Shown one piece after another: positions 23,414-35,500 of a DNA stretch of 44,664 nt (within the stretch, counting starts at the first letter, position 1; each line of letters begins with the position of its first letter). The notes below the pieces were generated by a model. That model worked only from the letters and a program-made list of their open reading frames with translations. It did not search any database and was not told the origin of the DNA. Location: positions 1 to 44,664 of the forward strand of contig JYFJ02003241.1 of the NCBI GenBank assembly GCA_000934665.2, written 5' to 3'. The DNA comes from Catajapyx aquilonaris. Taxonomy: Eukaryota. The translations under genes and the position numbers were made by a program.

Positions 23414-23687
23414 CTGATTGATTGATTGATTGATTAGGAAGGAGCCAAAGCAACTATGGCTAATCAGGCTATAAGAAGATACAAAGGTGGGACAGATGGA
23501 GAGAGAAACGAAGAGAAAAAAGGAGAGAGGAAAGACTGGTATCTCTCTTTGTCTGTCTCCTACACAAAACGCCTCTCTGGCTTGGGAGATCCTGCCAGTA
23601 GACAAAGCTACTGCCAGCAAAGCTCTTCGGGTAATGAGAGAAGCACAAACCCTCCCACCACAACAAGGTGGAGATACCACAGAAGAG
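23414..23687 (-). mobile_element. Short non-autonomous RTE-derived retroposon
   Basis: Reverse complement CCACCTTGTTGTGGTGGGAGGGTTTG...GAGCTTTGCTGGCAGTAGC...CTACTGGCAGGATCTCCCAAGCCAG...CAGACAAAGAG resembles the RTE (Rex3/Expander-like) 5' UTR. It ends in (AATC)n with an imperfect TSD gcacaaat. Confidence 0.65.
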
Positions 23688-26600
23688 GCACAAATAAGAA
23701 CATCTGCTACATGAGTGTAATAATAATTACAGGAGAGTACCATGACGCTACTAGGTATTCATAAAAATGGTATCACTGAGCAATATTGTACATTGGTACA
23801 GCAAAGTTTGTGTGACAAAAAAGGGTACTGCAAAAAGGTTGCACACGTAAACAAAAAAGACTGATGATCACAATATTTCATGCAAAATATTTGAATTCTA
23901 AATACTTTAGCATGAATTTTGATACCCATGTCCAGAAAATTGTCTATTTGAGCAGTAATACCCTTAACATATCATACATTCACTTCATGCATGAAGGTAA
24001 GCCTAACAACTGTCATGCTAACAATGAGAAACTTCAATTATTCATCTTCAAAGCAAGGTGTAAAATAATATTTCCAACTAAAATATTTCATCCTACAGTG
24101 GAAAATTATATTTGGGAATGAGTTTTGTCACAATACTGGTCGTGGTCAGCTGTTTTGCATTCTGTGAGGCCATTTTTATGAGTTCTATCCATGGTGACTG
24201 AAACATTTTAACTAATTTGAACTTCAGACTCAATGGGTCAAATTGTGCTTTGTACTTGATACTGATTGCTATTGCTAGGCTGGTAGCATTCTGAAAATAA
24301 ATTTCATTTCAGTTCTTGCCAAGAGTGAGACGAGGATAGGCTTTTCACTCGTAATGCAGAGTGTGTGGCATGAATGACAGTAGTTCTTAAAAACGATTGA
24401 AAATATGCAGGTTGGCATCGGCTTTTCTGACGGTGAATCAATAGAATTGTGATAATTTTCTGGCGCCATTGTAAGAGTTGAAACAAGCCTACTGTTAGTG
24501 TGACATAATAGCTTCTCTTCATGCACTGCATTTTCAGTGCAGGCTCAATGACACATGCTGTGATTTCAATAAGTTCTTGAAATCATTGCATTCCACATAA
24601 TGTGGAACTTGTACAATATATCATATATGAATGTAACAGGGGTCATTTGATAGTCATTCGAAGCTGCACTTGGAAGATGGCTTTAGAAACCCGAGTGGGA
24701 AAGCTAGTCGAAGGAACAGGGAATTAGATTTAATTTAACAAAAGAGTTGTGCATTGGCTTTTTTGACATTTTTCAGATTTCCCCTGCTGTCATTGTGCTT
24801 GTGAATGTACTTGGTGACTGAACAAGTGAATTCCTTCATTTAGTTCTTGAGGGACTTGTTCCAATTGTTTCACAATGCCCCCCTTACGCTTGCATCACAT
24901 GCCTTTTGAAAAGAACTGACTCGTCTTCCGAGAGACTGGACGCGCCGTCCATCCCCTTGACTCGTGAAGAAAGTGGCTCCTTTTTTTTTTAAAAAAAACA
25001 ACAGATTCAAGCCTGTGGAGTGGAAGCCATGGTAATATTTTCCAAATGATTTGTGCTCATTTGTACATTATGTATTATTACAGGGTGAGCAAGGCCTGTT
25101 TATTTGATTCAGGGTGGGTTTATTTCCTAAGATTGTTCCTACAGGGGAAGAGAGAGATGGGATGATAGTGGTGTCTGCAACTGGGGTGACCAGGGAAGCC
25201 TGCTGAATTTTGCTTCCCATGTATCATACTATTATAGAGGGAGATTTCTTTTAGTATCACTCTGAATGACCTTCCAAGAGGAACTCTTAGCAGTCACTCA
25301 TTTTTTTGCTACTAAAAATCAGTTCAAATTCCCTTCAAAGTGGTGGATGCTAAATAAAAGTATTACACTGTTGCAGACCTAGTGACATACTTCAATTTTA
25401 GTTGTGCCTTGCAAAAAAAATTAAACTGCAGTATTGTAATGTCAAGTTTGATGGAATCTGGAGTAAGCAAAAAAAGCTGTGTCACTTGTTACTTGGTCAT
25501 CTGAGTGCATCAGATCAGTGGAAGAAAAATAGCTGTTTGTCCAGGAGGCAATGTATATTTTAATGATTGGGTACAACATTGCCCAAGCAGACCGTATTTA
25601 ACTGCTCTTATGGTTCAACTGTGAGTGTATAATGTTACTTTGTTGTCGGAACTCAAAGACTGACTGAAGGCACTTTGCTTTAATTTATATGGTAGTGTCA
25701 TACCAGTATCTGGGTGTGTCATTGTATGTATCTTGAAACTGATTTGGTTTGTTTAATTTCAATGCTTGAGTGATACTTAACGAGCCTTGATTTCATATGT
25801 GCAGAAGGAAACCTTGTCAAGAAGAGCTGAACTATCCCAGTGAAAGTGTGGTGCAGGTGAAAGTGCAGCCTTCTTGGTCATTGACTGACTAGAGGACTCG
25901 TTTTTGGAGTTCTCATATGGACAAACGTGAACCAATTGACTGCTGGTGGAAGTGGGGCAAAACAATTTTTCCTACACGTACCTACTATTTCTTGTCCCTA
26001 TCACATGTCCCAACACAGCTTTTATCTCTTGGGTCCTAGTGGCAGGAGAAAAAAAAGAGAACATTCCTTAGACAGTGAAGACAATAACCTGCCAATCCTT
26101 ACCATTGTCGAGCGAGTCTGGAGTGGAAATGCTAGGGATATTTCCTGCCGACTTTCAACAATGTTAGATCAAGTGGCTCTGAAGAATTGGTATGGTGGGC
26201 CCCAGCTTTCGGACATTGCTTCCATCTTTGTATATTTGTGCATGAATTTGTACAGACAAATTAATGAGGTCGTGCGATGTCTACTCCTTGCCGTGTGTTC
26301 CTTGTGTGTGTGTCAGTGAAACAACTTCTAATATATGAATCATATGAATAAGCCTCTGCTGGCAGGTTGAATCGTTTGGTCCACAATGTTTGCACACCTC
26401 TACTTGTGGATGTTACCAAGTCATACCTGCAGTGTTTTTTTTTCTCCTCTTATCCCTTCTCAGGTCTCAACTTGGAGATTGGAGATCGTGAAGGCCCTCT
26501 ATTTTAGAGTATAGTGATGCTTTTTTCCCCAGATCAACTTGCTGGTGAAGGAGAGGACCTTTGCACTATAGGTGACAAAGTTTATTGGCTGGAGGTTTCT

Positions 26601-27128
26601 TTTTAATTGGTTCATGGTTGACATTCGTAAGGATGGTAAAGTCAAGTCTAGCATTGTGTTTGGTGACTTTGCACCTGGAAAAATTGTCCACCTGTGTCAT
26701 GCAGGAAACTTGGATCTACCAAGAGAGACTGCTCAATCTGTAGGGGAGACGGTGGCATGTTGGCTACAGGGGGGGGATGGCACAGTCAAATTTCTGAAGT
26801 GACTATTAGGTTCACAAACATGATGATTATGTGGTCGGTGCAGATAGACATGCTCCACATTACATCCTATTTTCAATTCAAGTCACGAAAGACTTGGCGG
26901 CAGTACCGATTTTGTTTTGTTTTTGACCATGTGAGTGTATTGATAATGTAATACATTATCAATTTATATCCAAAGAAATACATTGATACCTGTCCACAAC
27001 AGACCCTGAGTACAATGAAAACCTGTCCATTGTGGAATTTTTCTGGGAACGGGCATATGGTAAATACCACCATGCCAAATGTAGCTGAAACCCATCCATT
27101 ATAGAAAAACTTTTACAGTCCCATGTGT

Positions 27129-27481
27129 GTGTGTGTTTTTTTTTTTTTTTTAATTTTACCCCGTGATGACCTGTTGGGTCTATAGGGGGTGGTGGATTAC
27201 CACCATTGGTATTTGTTTTTGGAGCGAGTTAAGAATAATCTTATTAGTGTACTCCAGGGTTGGTAGGAGGGGATGTGCAAAGTGCATGTGCGCTGTCGTT
27301 AATTGGTCATTTTTGTGAACTCCCCCGGGTGGCTTAGTCTATCGGAAATTGCCACCCGAAACGAAGCCAGAGATGGCCCAACTCTGCACGAAAGAAGGTG
27401 GGAACCCCGGGTGGGGATTGAACCCGGGACCTTAACTTCCGTGGGCGCGCGCGTTACCGCGGCACCACTCCGTCTCCCTTG
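27129..27481 (-). mobile_element. tRNA-headed SINE (family B, copy 2)
   Basis: TSD agtcccatgtgt (27117-27128 / 27482-27493), poly(A) tail, A/B boxes. Confidence 0.85.
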
Positions 27482-27579
27482 AGTCCCATGTGTTTCCGCT
27501 ATACAAAGGTCTTGCTGTAGCTACAAGAAGGGAATAAGCCTGTACCATATTGGATTTGTTTCTACATTACTGGTACTCT

Positions 27580-27649
27580 AGAGGAAGTCCTCCCAAAGGG
27601 TAAACTAACCCAAGGGAACAAATAAATAAATAAATCAATAAATCAATCA
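27580..27649 (+). mobile_element. 5'-truncated non-LTR 3' end
   Basis: 14-bp TSD attactggtactct; (taaa)/(tcaa) tail. Confidence 0.7.
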
Positions 27650-27945
27650 ATTACTGGTACTCTGGTAGTATGATGATATTTGCAATTATTATATTGCATT
27701 ATTCGTCATTTGAATAGCAATTGTGGCGACAACCTTGTATGCAGTTGCGGTGAGCATGTAAGTCTCAGGAAAAACAGTTAACCTTTTCAGAGAAATCCTT
27801 GCAACCTTCTTAATAATTGTATGTGCATATTACACCGCCTGCCAAGTGCCAACCATCATTGGTCTCTTGCTAATGTTGGCTTGGTAATATAAGGCAAAGG
27901 TATGGCCTATTGGCTATTATATAATTTAAAAATATCTTCCATATA

Positions 27946-28615
27946 CAGTAAAACTTCTATAAGTCGAACTTCCCTAAGTCAAAGTTCTCTATAAGTCAAA
28001 GAAAATGATGAGCTTGGTTGGTCACAATGGAAAATAATAGGAAATAAACTTCCCTAACTCGAAGTTCTCCATAACTTGAAGTGCTGGCAGGGCCTTACGA
28101 CGGGATGTCAATGCATTTTCAGTCTCCCTAAGTCGAAGTTCATGTTGGCGAGTACGGAAAATTTTCTCATTTCCCAGCCGAAGGGTCGAGAGTAGGCCAC
28201 ATGTACAGAAAGGCTCAATTTCCTGATATCAGTCCACCCGATGAGATGTACCGAAAGAAGTGTTTGATTCGATTGTGACAAGTGAATCCTTGAATCTAAG
28301 AGTAGGCAAATGTCCATAATGGAGTTTTTTTTACAACAAAACAATGAAGAACCTTGTAAGTGTGATAGTGACAGTTATTTTTAAGTTTTGAACACCTTTC
28401 GTCGCTGGATATAATAATAATAATATAATAATAATTCATACCCAGTTATCAGCCTGTCGGCTCTTTAGGGGGGAAGTCGCTGGATATAAAGGTAGGCTTC
28501 CTTACAAAGTTACCGGTATGTACTTCAAAAAAGCCAAACTTCTCTAACTCGAATCTTCTATAGCTCTAAGTTTTTTCCAGGTCCCATGGAGATTCGACTT
28601 ATGGAAGTTTTACTG
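27946..28615. mobile_element. pogo/Tigger-like MITE
   Basis: TA|CAGTAAAACTTCTATAAGTCGAA ... TTCGACTTATGGAAGTTTTACTG|TA; subterminal (taagtcgaa/taactcgaa) repeats. Confidence 0.85.
28415..28475 (-). mobile_element. Tail-only (5'-truncated) SINE/LINE insertion
   Basis: 14-bp TSD gtcgctggatataa; tail matches the tail at 37572-37623. Confidence 0.8.
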
Positions 28616-28785
28616 TACTATATGGAAGATATTTTAAAATTATATAATAGCCAATAGGCCATACCTTTATTGCCTTATATTACCAAGCCAACATGCCCCA
28701 TGCCTTGGGCAAGGTGCATGTTGGCACTTGCACAGAGGTTTTAAAAATAATTTTTAGTGGATATCATATCTAAAATGCAAGCATG

Positions 28786-29203
28786 AGGGGGAGGTGTAGA
28801 TGGCCAAGATGGTAACGTCTCGGCTTGCTGAGTGAACGGCCCCAGGTTCGATCCCCGCCTGGGGAACTTTCCTTTCACCTGCGTCAGGAGGGTCTCTGAC
28901 CTGCACCAAGGAGGTGTCTGGCAACCTAACCTCCTGGGGAACAGCACATGACCCCTTTACCGACATTGCACTTGCACCAATGTTCCCTCCACAAAAATCC
29001 CTATATCCTTACCTCATGTCCTTTCATCCTTGCACCGGAGTTAGAAGAAAAAATCAGAAAATTGAAGGAAAATGGTGGTATTCCACCCCCCTATAAGGGC
29101 CTATGGTCCTATCATGGGGTAACGTAAAAAACCAAAATAAGTAAATAATAATAATAATAATAATAATAACAATAATAACAATAATAATAATAATAATAAT
29201 AAT
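28786..29203 (+). mobile_element. tRNA-headed SINE (family C)
   Basis: A box TGGCCAAGATGG, B box GGTTCGATCCC, (TAA)n tail, 13-bp TSD aaatgcaagcatg. Confidence 0.85.
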
Positions 29204-29980
29204 AAATGCAAGCATGCAAAAATATCACATACTGTATTACCTCTCATAAAGTGGCATGCCAGTATAGTCGAGGTCGACCAGTTTTTAGAAATGCATTATC
29301 TGGTGGCTATACCGACCGGCCAGTAATGCCAGTATAAGGCGAGGTGTTCACATATTATCCTTTCTGAACTTGACATTTGCCTGAAAATTGAAATTCACGT
29401 AAAGGCTATTGAAAAACCACATTTTCCGAATATATATATGGTACCCGTACCATAATGTTTTCAATTGCAGTGTCAGGCAATACTATGTAAACAGTATGTA
29501 GGAGTGGGGGGTTCCCCTGTCAAAGCAGGCTAACCGTGGGATTGATCACACGCTCTACATTTTTTATATGCACTGTGCAACAGTCAACAGAACTTGCATA
29601 TTCTCACAGCCTGTACACTCACCCATTTTCATTGTAACATTATTTTCATACGGTAGGCCGTTGGTTATTGTGGGCTTCAGCTTCCAAACTTTCCGCTCTT
29701 CCTAGTACTAGATCAGGAAATCTACAATATTATTAGACGGGCCCCAAAAAGAAGGACGAATCAACGTCCTTCTTGAGGTGGCGAAGGACGAAGGACAGAG
29801 TTCTCAAAAGAAGGATGGTCCATCCTGAAGAAGGACTGGCCACCCTAGTGATGTAGCCTACTGCATCTAACAGTTGCATATAATAAACAGTTAATTGACT
29901 GAAATGACGCTGATAAAGGCTACCTGCCTGTTAGGGGGAAGGGGGGAAGGAAACCACTATAATAATGATATTTTTATAAT

Positions 29981-31203
29981 ATAATGGGGAACTAGCCTTC
30001 ATTTTGGAAACTACATAATAAATTCGCCCATATTTTTTGGATTTTTTTGGCATATTCCGTTTTAAGATATCAGTTCCCGTTCCGGAGTAATTTGGGTTTT
30101 TATGTAGGGAAATGGTGACGTCACTGTTTCCCTAGAAAATGTTGACGTCACGCGAAGTGAAATGAACGCAGAAATGGTGTTATAGAACGCGCCCCGTCAT
30201 TGTTGTAAAATGATTCGCTGTTGTTAGCAACCAGCCCCTAGACACTTCTATCCCAGCGCAATAGAAAAGGCTGATCCGTTATTCCTTCCCGCAGCGGCGC
30301 TAGTAAAAACAATGGAATCTCGCTGTGCGTGTCGTTCATTCGCCATAACAACTCCATTCGCCATAACCCTCCTCCCGATTACTAGGTTTATCAGCGACCC
30401 CCCTCCCGATTACTACCGATAGCGTATACCAAGATGGCCGCAATATGTGAGATGTTCACGATCCAGTTCACATCATGGCGACCTCCAGTCAGCGCCACGG
30501 CGGGATTGAGTAACGGATCGCAAGATGGCGGGGAGTTTCCCGACCTATCCTTCTAGACCGTGTTAAAGCCGGTACCGACGTAAGAGTTTTCTCTCATAAG
30601 AGGAGCCAACTGCGCATGCCCGGATACGAGGAAAGAGGAAAAGTTGAAAATTTTCAACTTTAATCCCCTTTTAGAGGGACAAGAGGGGCCCTGAGGCGAC
30701 AAAGAGTCTGTCTCGACGTACAAGATTTCTTATTATGAGAGAAACTCTAACGTGGATACCGGCTTTTAGCAACCGTCCCATTCCGTGAGCAAGATAGCGA
30801 CCGGGGCGCGTTTTTACTTCACGCCGCTCAATCAGCTAAGGAGCTGGCAGTGGTGCCAACTGGTAGGAATTATCTGTCACCCGAATTCGGCACATGAAGG
30901 ACCCCTTTCTCCACCTCGATGGCCTACAGCCGCCTTGCGAATCCTTTCCGTCGCGTCCGCGGTTAATTCAAAGTCAAATTCCTCATATCTCGCAGTCAAC
31001 CAGGCATTTCGGTGTACCCTTTCGATTGGCCTCCGCGTTTTTCCCGCCAATTTTGAAGGCACTTTTAAATGTGTCGTAATTTATCCAGTAATGTCATTTT
31101 GATGCAACAGAGTGATGGAATGTATGTTTACACTTTACAGGCATGGGCTAGCTAGTTATGAACAAAAATCCCAAATCCCAGACCAAGGCTAGTTCCCCAT
31201 TAT
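29981..31203. mobile_element. Putative DNA transposon derivative bounded by 19-bp inverted repeats
   Basis: ataatggggaactagcctt / aaggctagttccccattat; no clear TSD. Confidence 0.5.
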
Positions 31204-31900
31204 GTATGCACTGCCACTATTCAAGTTTGGCACCTCATGGGGCCAGTTTGAGTTTCTCCTATTTTTTCTCGATCTCTCTTGCCCGTGAGCACCTTTCTAG
31301 ACGGCATTGACCAATGCATTTACACGTAATATTACAATATGACGGGAAAGAACCCGCCCGGACCCGCCAGACCTGAATATAAACAACAAACAAGATCAAA
31401 AAGGCGAGGGAAATCGGGAATCATGGTTGGCAACAGTTGGCAAGTTGATGCCTTAAGGTTGATGCTGCATGGTGCTGCTATCTGACGGAGTATCTTGATA
31501 TTCCATCATTCCATTGTCTCGGTAAGCCGCGGAAGCAGACCTAAGACCGTGAAGCAGACTATATCCAAGCCGTGATCCAAGCCATGATCCAAGCCGGTCT
31601 AAGGCATGGTCTAACAACACGGGCTGTTTTAGAAACAATCGGAAACAATAAAAAAATGTCAAGAGGTAAATCCGCATTTTAAAAAAAAATCTTAGGTGGG
31701 TAAGTTTGGGTAAGTGGCGCCGTTGCGGGCATAAAGGAAACTAGCGGGTTTCGCATTAGGTGGTGAGCACTGAGCACGTGTGTCGTTGGAACAGCGAGTT
31801 TGGCGTCGTGGGTGAAAAATGCTGAAGTACCGGGTCCACACCCTTCGGACCGGTGTTCAGCACGTACAGGCCATCAACTGCATTGCCTGCTGGAAGGAGG
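30100..31900. promoter_or_regulatory. CpG-rich region upstream of UTP4 (putative promoter zone)
   Basis: Visibly CpG-rich compared with the Abl gene body; AAGATGGC (YY1/PHO-like) at 30431 and 30522; TGCGCATGC (NRF1/EWG-like) at 30611. Confidence 0.45.
30566..30765. mobile_element. PIF/Harbinger-like MITE
   Basis: Imperfect TIR aagccggtaccgacgtaagagttttctctcataa / ttatgagagaaactctaacgtggataccggctt; TTA TSD. Confidence 0.7.
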
Positions 31901-31922
31901 CGGGGAAAATTGCGTTGGGAAG
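31819..31922 (+). CDS. UTP4: UTP4 coding exon 1
   Basis: gaaaaATG CTG AAG TAC CGG GTC CAC ... GGA AG|gtgctg. Confidence 0.85.
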
Positions 31923-32545
31923 GTGCTGTTAGTTGTGGTGCTTTGTCATTGCCGCCAGCCGTCATGTCCTGGTTCTTATAGAGCCTCTTTTGCCTCCATT
32001 TCAGGGAGGAGGATTTCCCCCGCCTGGAGATATGGAACGTGGCCTGCAACCCTTTCATTGAGAGTATTATTTACCATGAGGAGGAGGATGTCAGCCTGGC
32101 AGGGGTTTGCTGGGCCAAGGGTAGGCTCTTCAGCACGGGATTCCAGGGAACTGTCATCGAGTATAGTCTGACCACACGCCAACCTTTGGTAATATATTCT
32201 GACTAGAAAATCCCTCACTTCACTCACATGTTACTAGGGCGCAGGCCGAGAAACCCACTAGCTTTGCTCGCATTTTATTAGGATGCAGGTTTTGAAAGCC
32301 ACTCACTTTGCTAGGTTTTTTCTAGGCCTGTGGTGATGGAGGCAATATTGTTAATCGGTTCCGACTTAAGCCAGTGATGATGCCCATGGATCCAACAACT
32401 ATCCACAAACTCTCCTCCATCCTCCCTCCCTCACTCTCCCTCAGTTTTAAGGGTGCACAATAGTAAAAATACTGTAGACCAAGCTGGCTCTGCAGTCAGC
32501 TGGCTAACTGAAACTGAATAAACTGAATAATCTAACATAATAATA

Positions 32546-32577
<32 letters not shown>

Positions 32578-35500
32578 TCTTACCCCATTATCAGCCTTTT
32601 TCGGCTCTTTAGGGGGGATTTTTGATTTGTCTGGAACTCTTGCGTAGGCCTACATTTTTTACTTTGCTTTTTGGGATAGGATAGGGAAGGAAGGAGGCGG
32701 CTGTGGCCTATTAATTTAGGAAACAACTCCGGAATTCTCCTGGAGGGATTGTGGGAAACCACAGAAAACCACGGTTAGAGTTGCCGGCCCCGGGGCTCGA
32801 ACCCAGGACCTCCCGATTAGCAGTCGGACCCTATAGCCACTTCACCAAACTGCTTCGGTTAAACTGAATAATCTAACTGAATCTACGGTAATTATCCAGT
32901 TTAGGTGGGCGCAACGTACAGCGTTGGCGGTGGCACTTAATGTTCAACTAAGTGCATAGGGACCTAGTGCTGACTTTTCCGAGTGGCGGAAAAGCAATTT
33001 GAGAGCAAACAACCGTGTAGAACCGAAGTTACAGACATTTTAACATGACGTATAAACATTTGATTGCTCCTCGCTGCGGCCATCGATTGATACCAATGGT
33101 TGCACCTGTCGATACTCAATACTATCTCCGTATATAGGCTCCAACTGTGTACTATCACCAGCAAAAAGAATGGCATACCTTCTTTTGTTTTTCTGTGTTT
33201 ATGTGTTGGCTATCCTGGCGCTGCCAGGTTACCGTGGTTGTTTATTTTGCGATATTTCGGAATCCACAACACCGTGATCATAATATTTTCGTTTGATCTG
33301 CTGCCATCCGGGTTCAAGTGACCCTACCAACCACCAAAATATACGTTCCTATAATGAATTTTCCCCCCTCTTTCTAGGACACTACGCCAATTGTCTCGAA
33401 TTGCAACAGGAAACGTGTTGGGCAGTTGGTTTTTTTTTGTGCTTGTCCGGTCGGGAAAGCGTACGAATCGTATGATCATCGCGGCTTGAAATATTATTAT
33501 ACCGAATGTCGGCTTAGAAAAAAATAGCGGGAAATAGCGAGGGGGAAATACTGTCGGAGTGTCGGGTGCGCAAGGAGGGGGCATTTTCTGGCGGATTCCG
33601 GGTCCCTTGTTCATCTGTAGCAGTTATTTGCATATCGTCTTTCGCACTTTTCCAATTAATAATAATATTGATGCATAGCCAGCAGGTTCAAGACACTACA
33701 TGGACCAAAACAGGCGGTCAGATTGATGATTGGCACTGAATGCTGCACACTGGCACCCGGGCATTAATACCACCCCTTGCACAAAGGCATATTGGGTAAT
33801 CGTCATGAAGAATAAGTTAGTCAGGCATTCATGTGGACTAACACTTACGGTTGTAGATTGCACCAGTAAAATACAATGAAAGTGCTTGTTTGGCTTCGTA
33901 AATGAAACGGAGCATAATTCTGTAATGTTCTACGTGCCTATCGCAGTTTTATAATCGCGTCTGCCAGATATTGGACAGATTTTTAAAGTCCTTCTTATTC
34001 GTAAATCATCGTACAATTACCACTCCCTTAGAACACATAATTATGGTGAACTAGCTGCCGTCGCGTCGCTTTGACGGCCAATGGGAATTGTACGATGATT
34101 TACGAATCAACGCAACGGTGAATAAGAAGGACTTTAAAAATCTGTCCAATATCTGGCGGACGCGATTATAAAACTGCGATAGGCACGTAGAACATTACAG
34201 AATTATGCTCCATTTCATTTACGAAGCCAAACAAGCACTTTCATTGTATTTTACTGGTGCAGTCTACAACCGTAAGTGTTAGTCCACATGAATGCCTGAC
34301 TAACTTATTCTTCATGACGATTACCCAATATGCCTTTGTGCAAGGGGTGGTATTAATGCCAGAGTGCCAGTGTGCAGCATTCAGTGCCAATCATCTATCT
34401 GACTGCCTCACAGTGGGTTGAGAAGCCCGCGCAGCGCGAACAAATTCGCACATCCCGCTCCGCTGAAAAGTAGCCACACACTGACCATGCAAGGCCAGGA
34501 CAAAAAAAACCCAAACGAAAAAGTAGTCCAATATCACAACCAGTCCGTGAGACAAGCAGTCGGTCAAATGTCACGCGTGACATACTAGAACATCCCTTTC
34601 ATCTTTCCGGCCATTCTGTAACTCCATCATTGTGGGAAGTGACTATAGTGTGATAATAACAAAGCGCCTTCTCAAAGTAATATCCCCTCCGCCCGCTTAT
34701 TCCGATGCAATGCATTAGTAAGCATGCACACCCATCGCTAGGTTGTCCAGCATCAATCGCTACCCGTAAACAGTGGCAACAATAGAAATAATGCTAAGCA
34801 CTCTCCATATGCTGATGTTCGAATTCTCTCGGTTGCCAGGTAACGCTAAAGCCGTTGTTTACATTTATGATATGCTATTATATCCAGTACTATACCTCCT
34901 AAATGCATAGGTAAGATTCTGCTCACGTATACCGCGACTGCCGCCGCATCCAATCAAATACGCGTGCACCCCGTCGAGCGTGCCAAAGTGTGATCGGCAA
35001 GTTATTATTAAATTTCTGACAGCCAAGAGCAATAGACCGGAGGAAATCCATCAAGAGGATGCTTGCGGTGTATGGTGCATCCCAGTAAACCAGATATACC
35101 CATAATCCCCCCTTATCAGCTGGTCCACACCTGTAATGATGGCAGATGTGATTGGGGGACAAGCCTGGCCTAGTCGGAGAAGGTCAGCACCTCTTAATGG
35201 AAATTCCGGGCTGGCTAGCCAATTTGGCCCTACAGCCCCTCCTTCCCCATTTATTCATAAATGGCACTATACAAAAACTGCAAAAGGCAACAATACATCA
35301 TCACTCATCATCCATCAACAAGGAATCAAACCTTCAAGTATCTCGCCACCAATCGTCCAAACATGAGCCATGAGCCTTCAAGACTCCAGTCATCAAACAA
35401 TGAGGCCACCAGTCATCCAGTCAACACGCCATCAATCGTTCAGACATCACATCACCAACCATCCAGTAATCAAGTCACCATCATCATCATCCAACCACCA

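Larger units (their letters stand above)
27843..28730. repeat. Palindromic element (inner arms 27873-27943 / 28621-28694) hosting nested insertions
   Basis: About 70-bp near-perfect inverted arms abut the central MITE; outer ends caagtgccaac / gttggcacttg. Confidence 0.8.

Noticed and set aside
23560..23625. Twister-ribozyme-like fragments on the minus strand (GTAGC..CTACT..CCCAAGCC)
   Set aside because: The UAAC cleavage-site strand and the downstream twister core are missing; kept only as an RTE 5' structure.
30785..31102. ORFs in the CpG-rich region as a separate gene
   Set aside because: Short, with non-ATG or weak starts, no domain or splice support, and inside a TE-like segment.
31800..32171. 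123-aa ORF from the ORF track
   Set aside because: Wrong frame; the real coding signal is UTP4 exons 1-2 in other frames.
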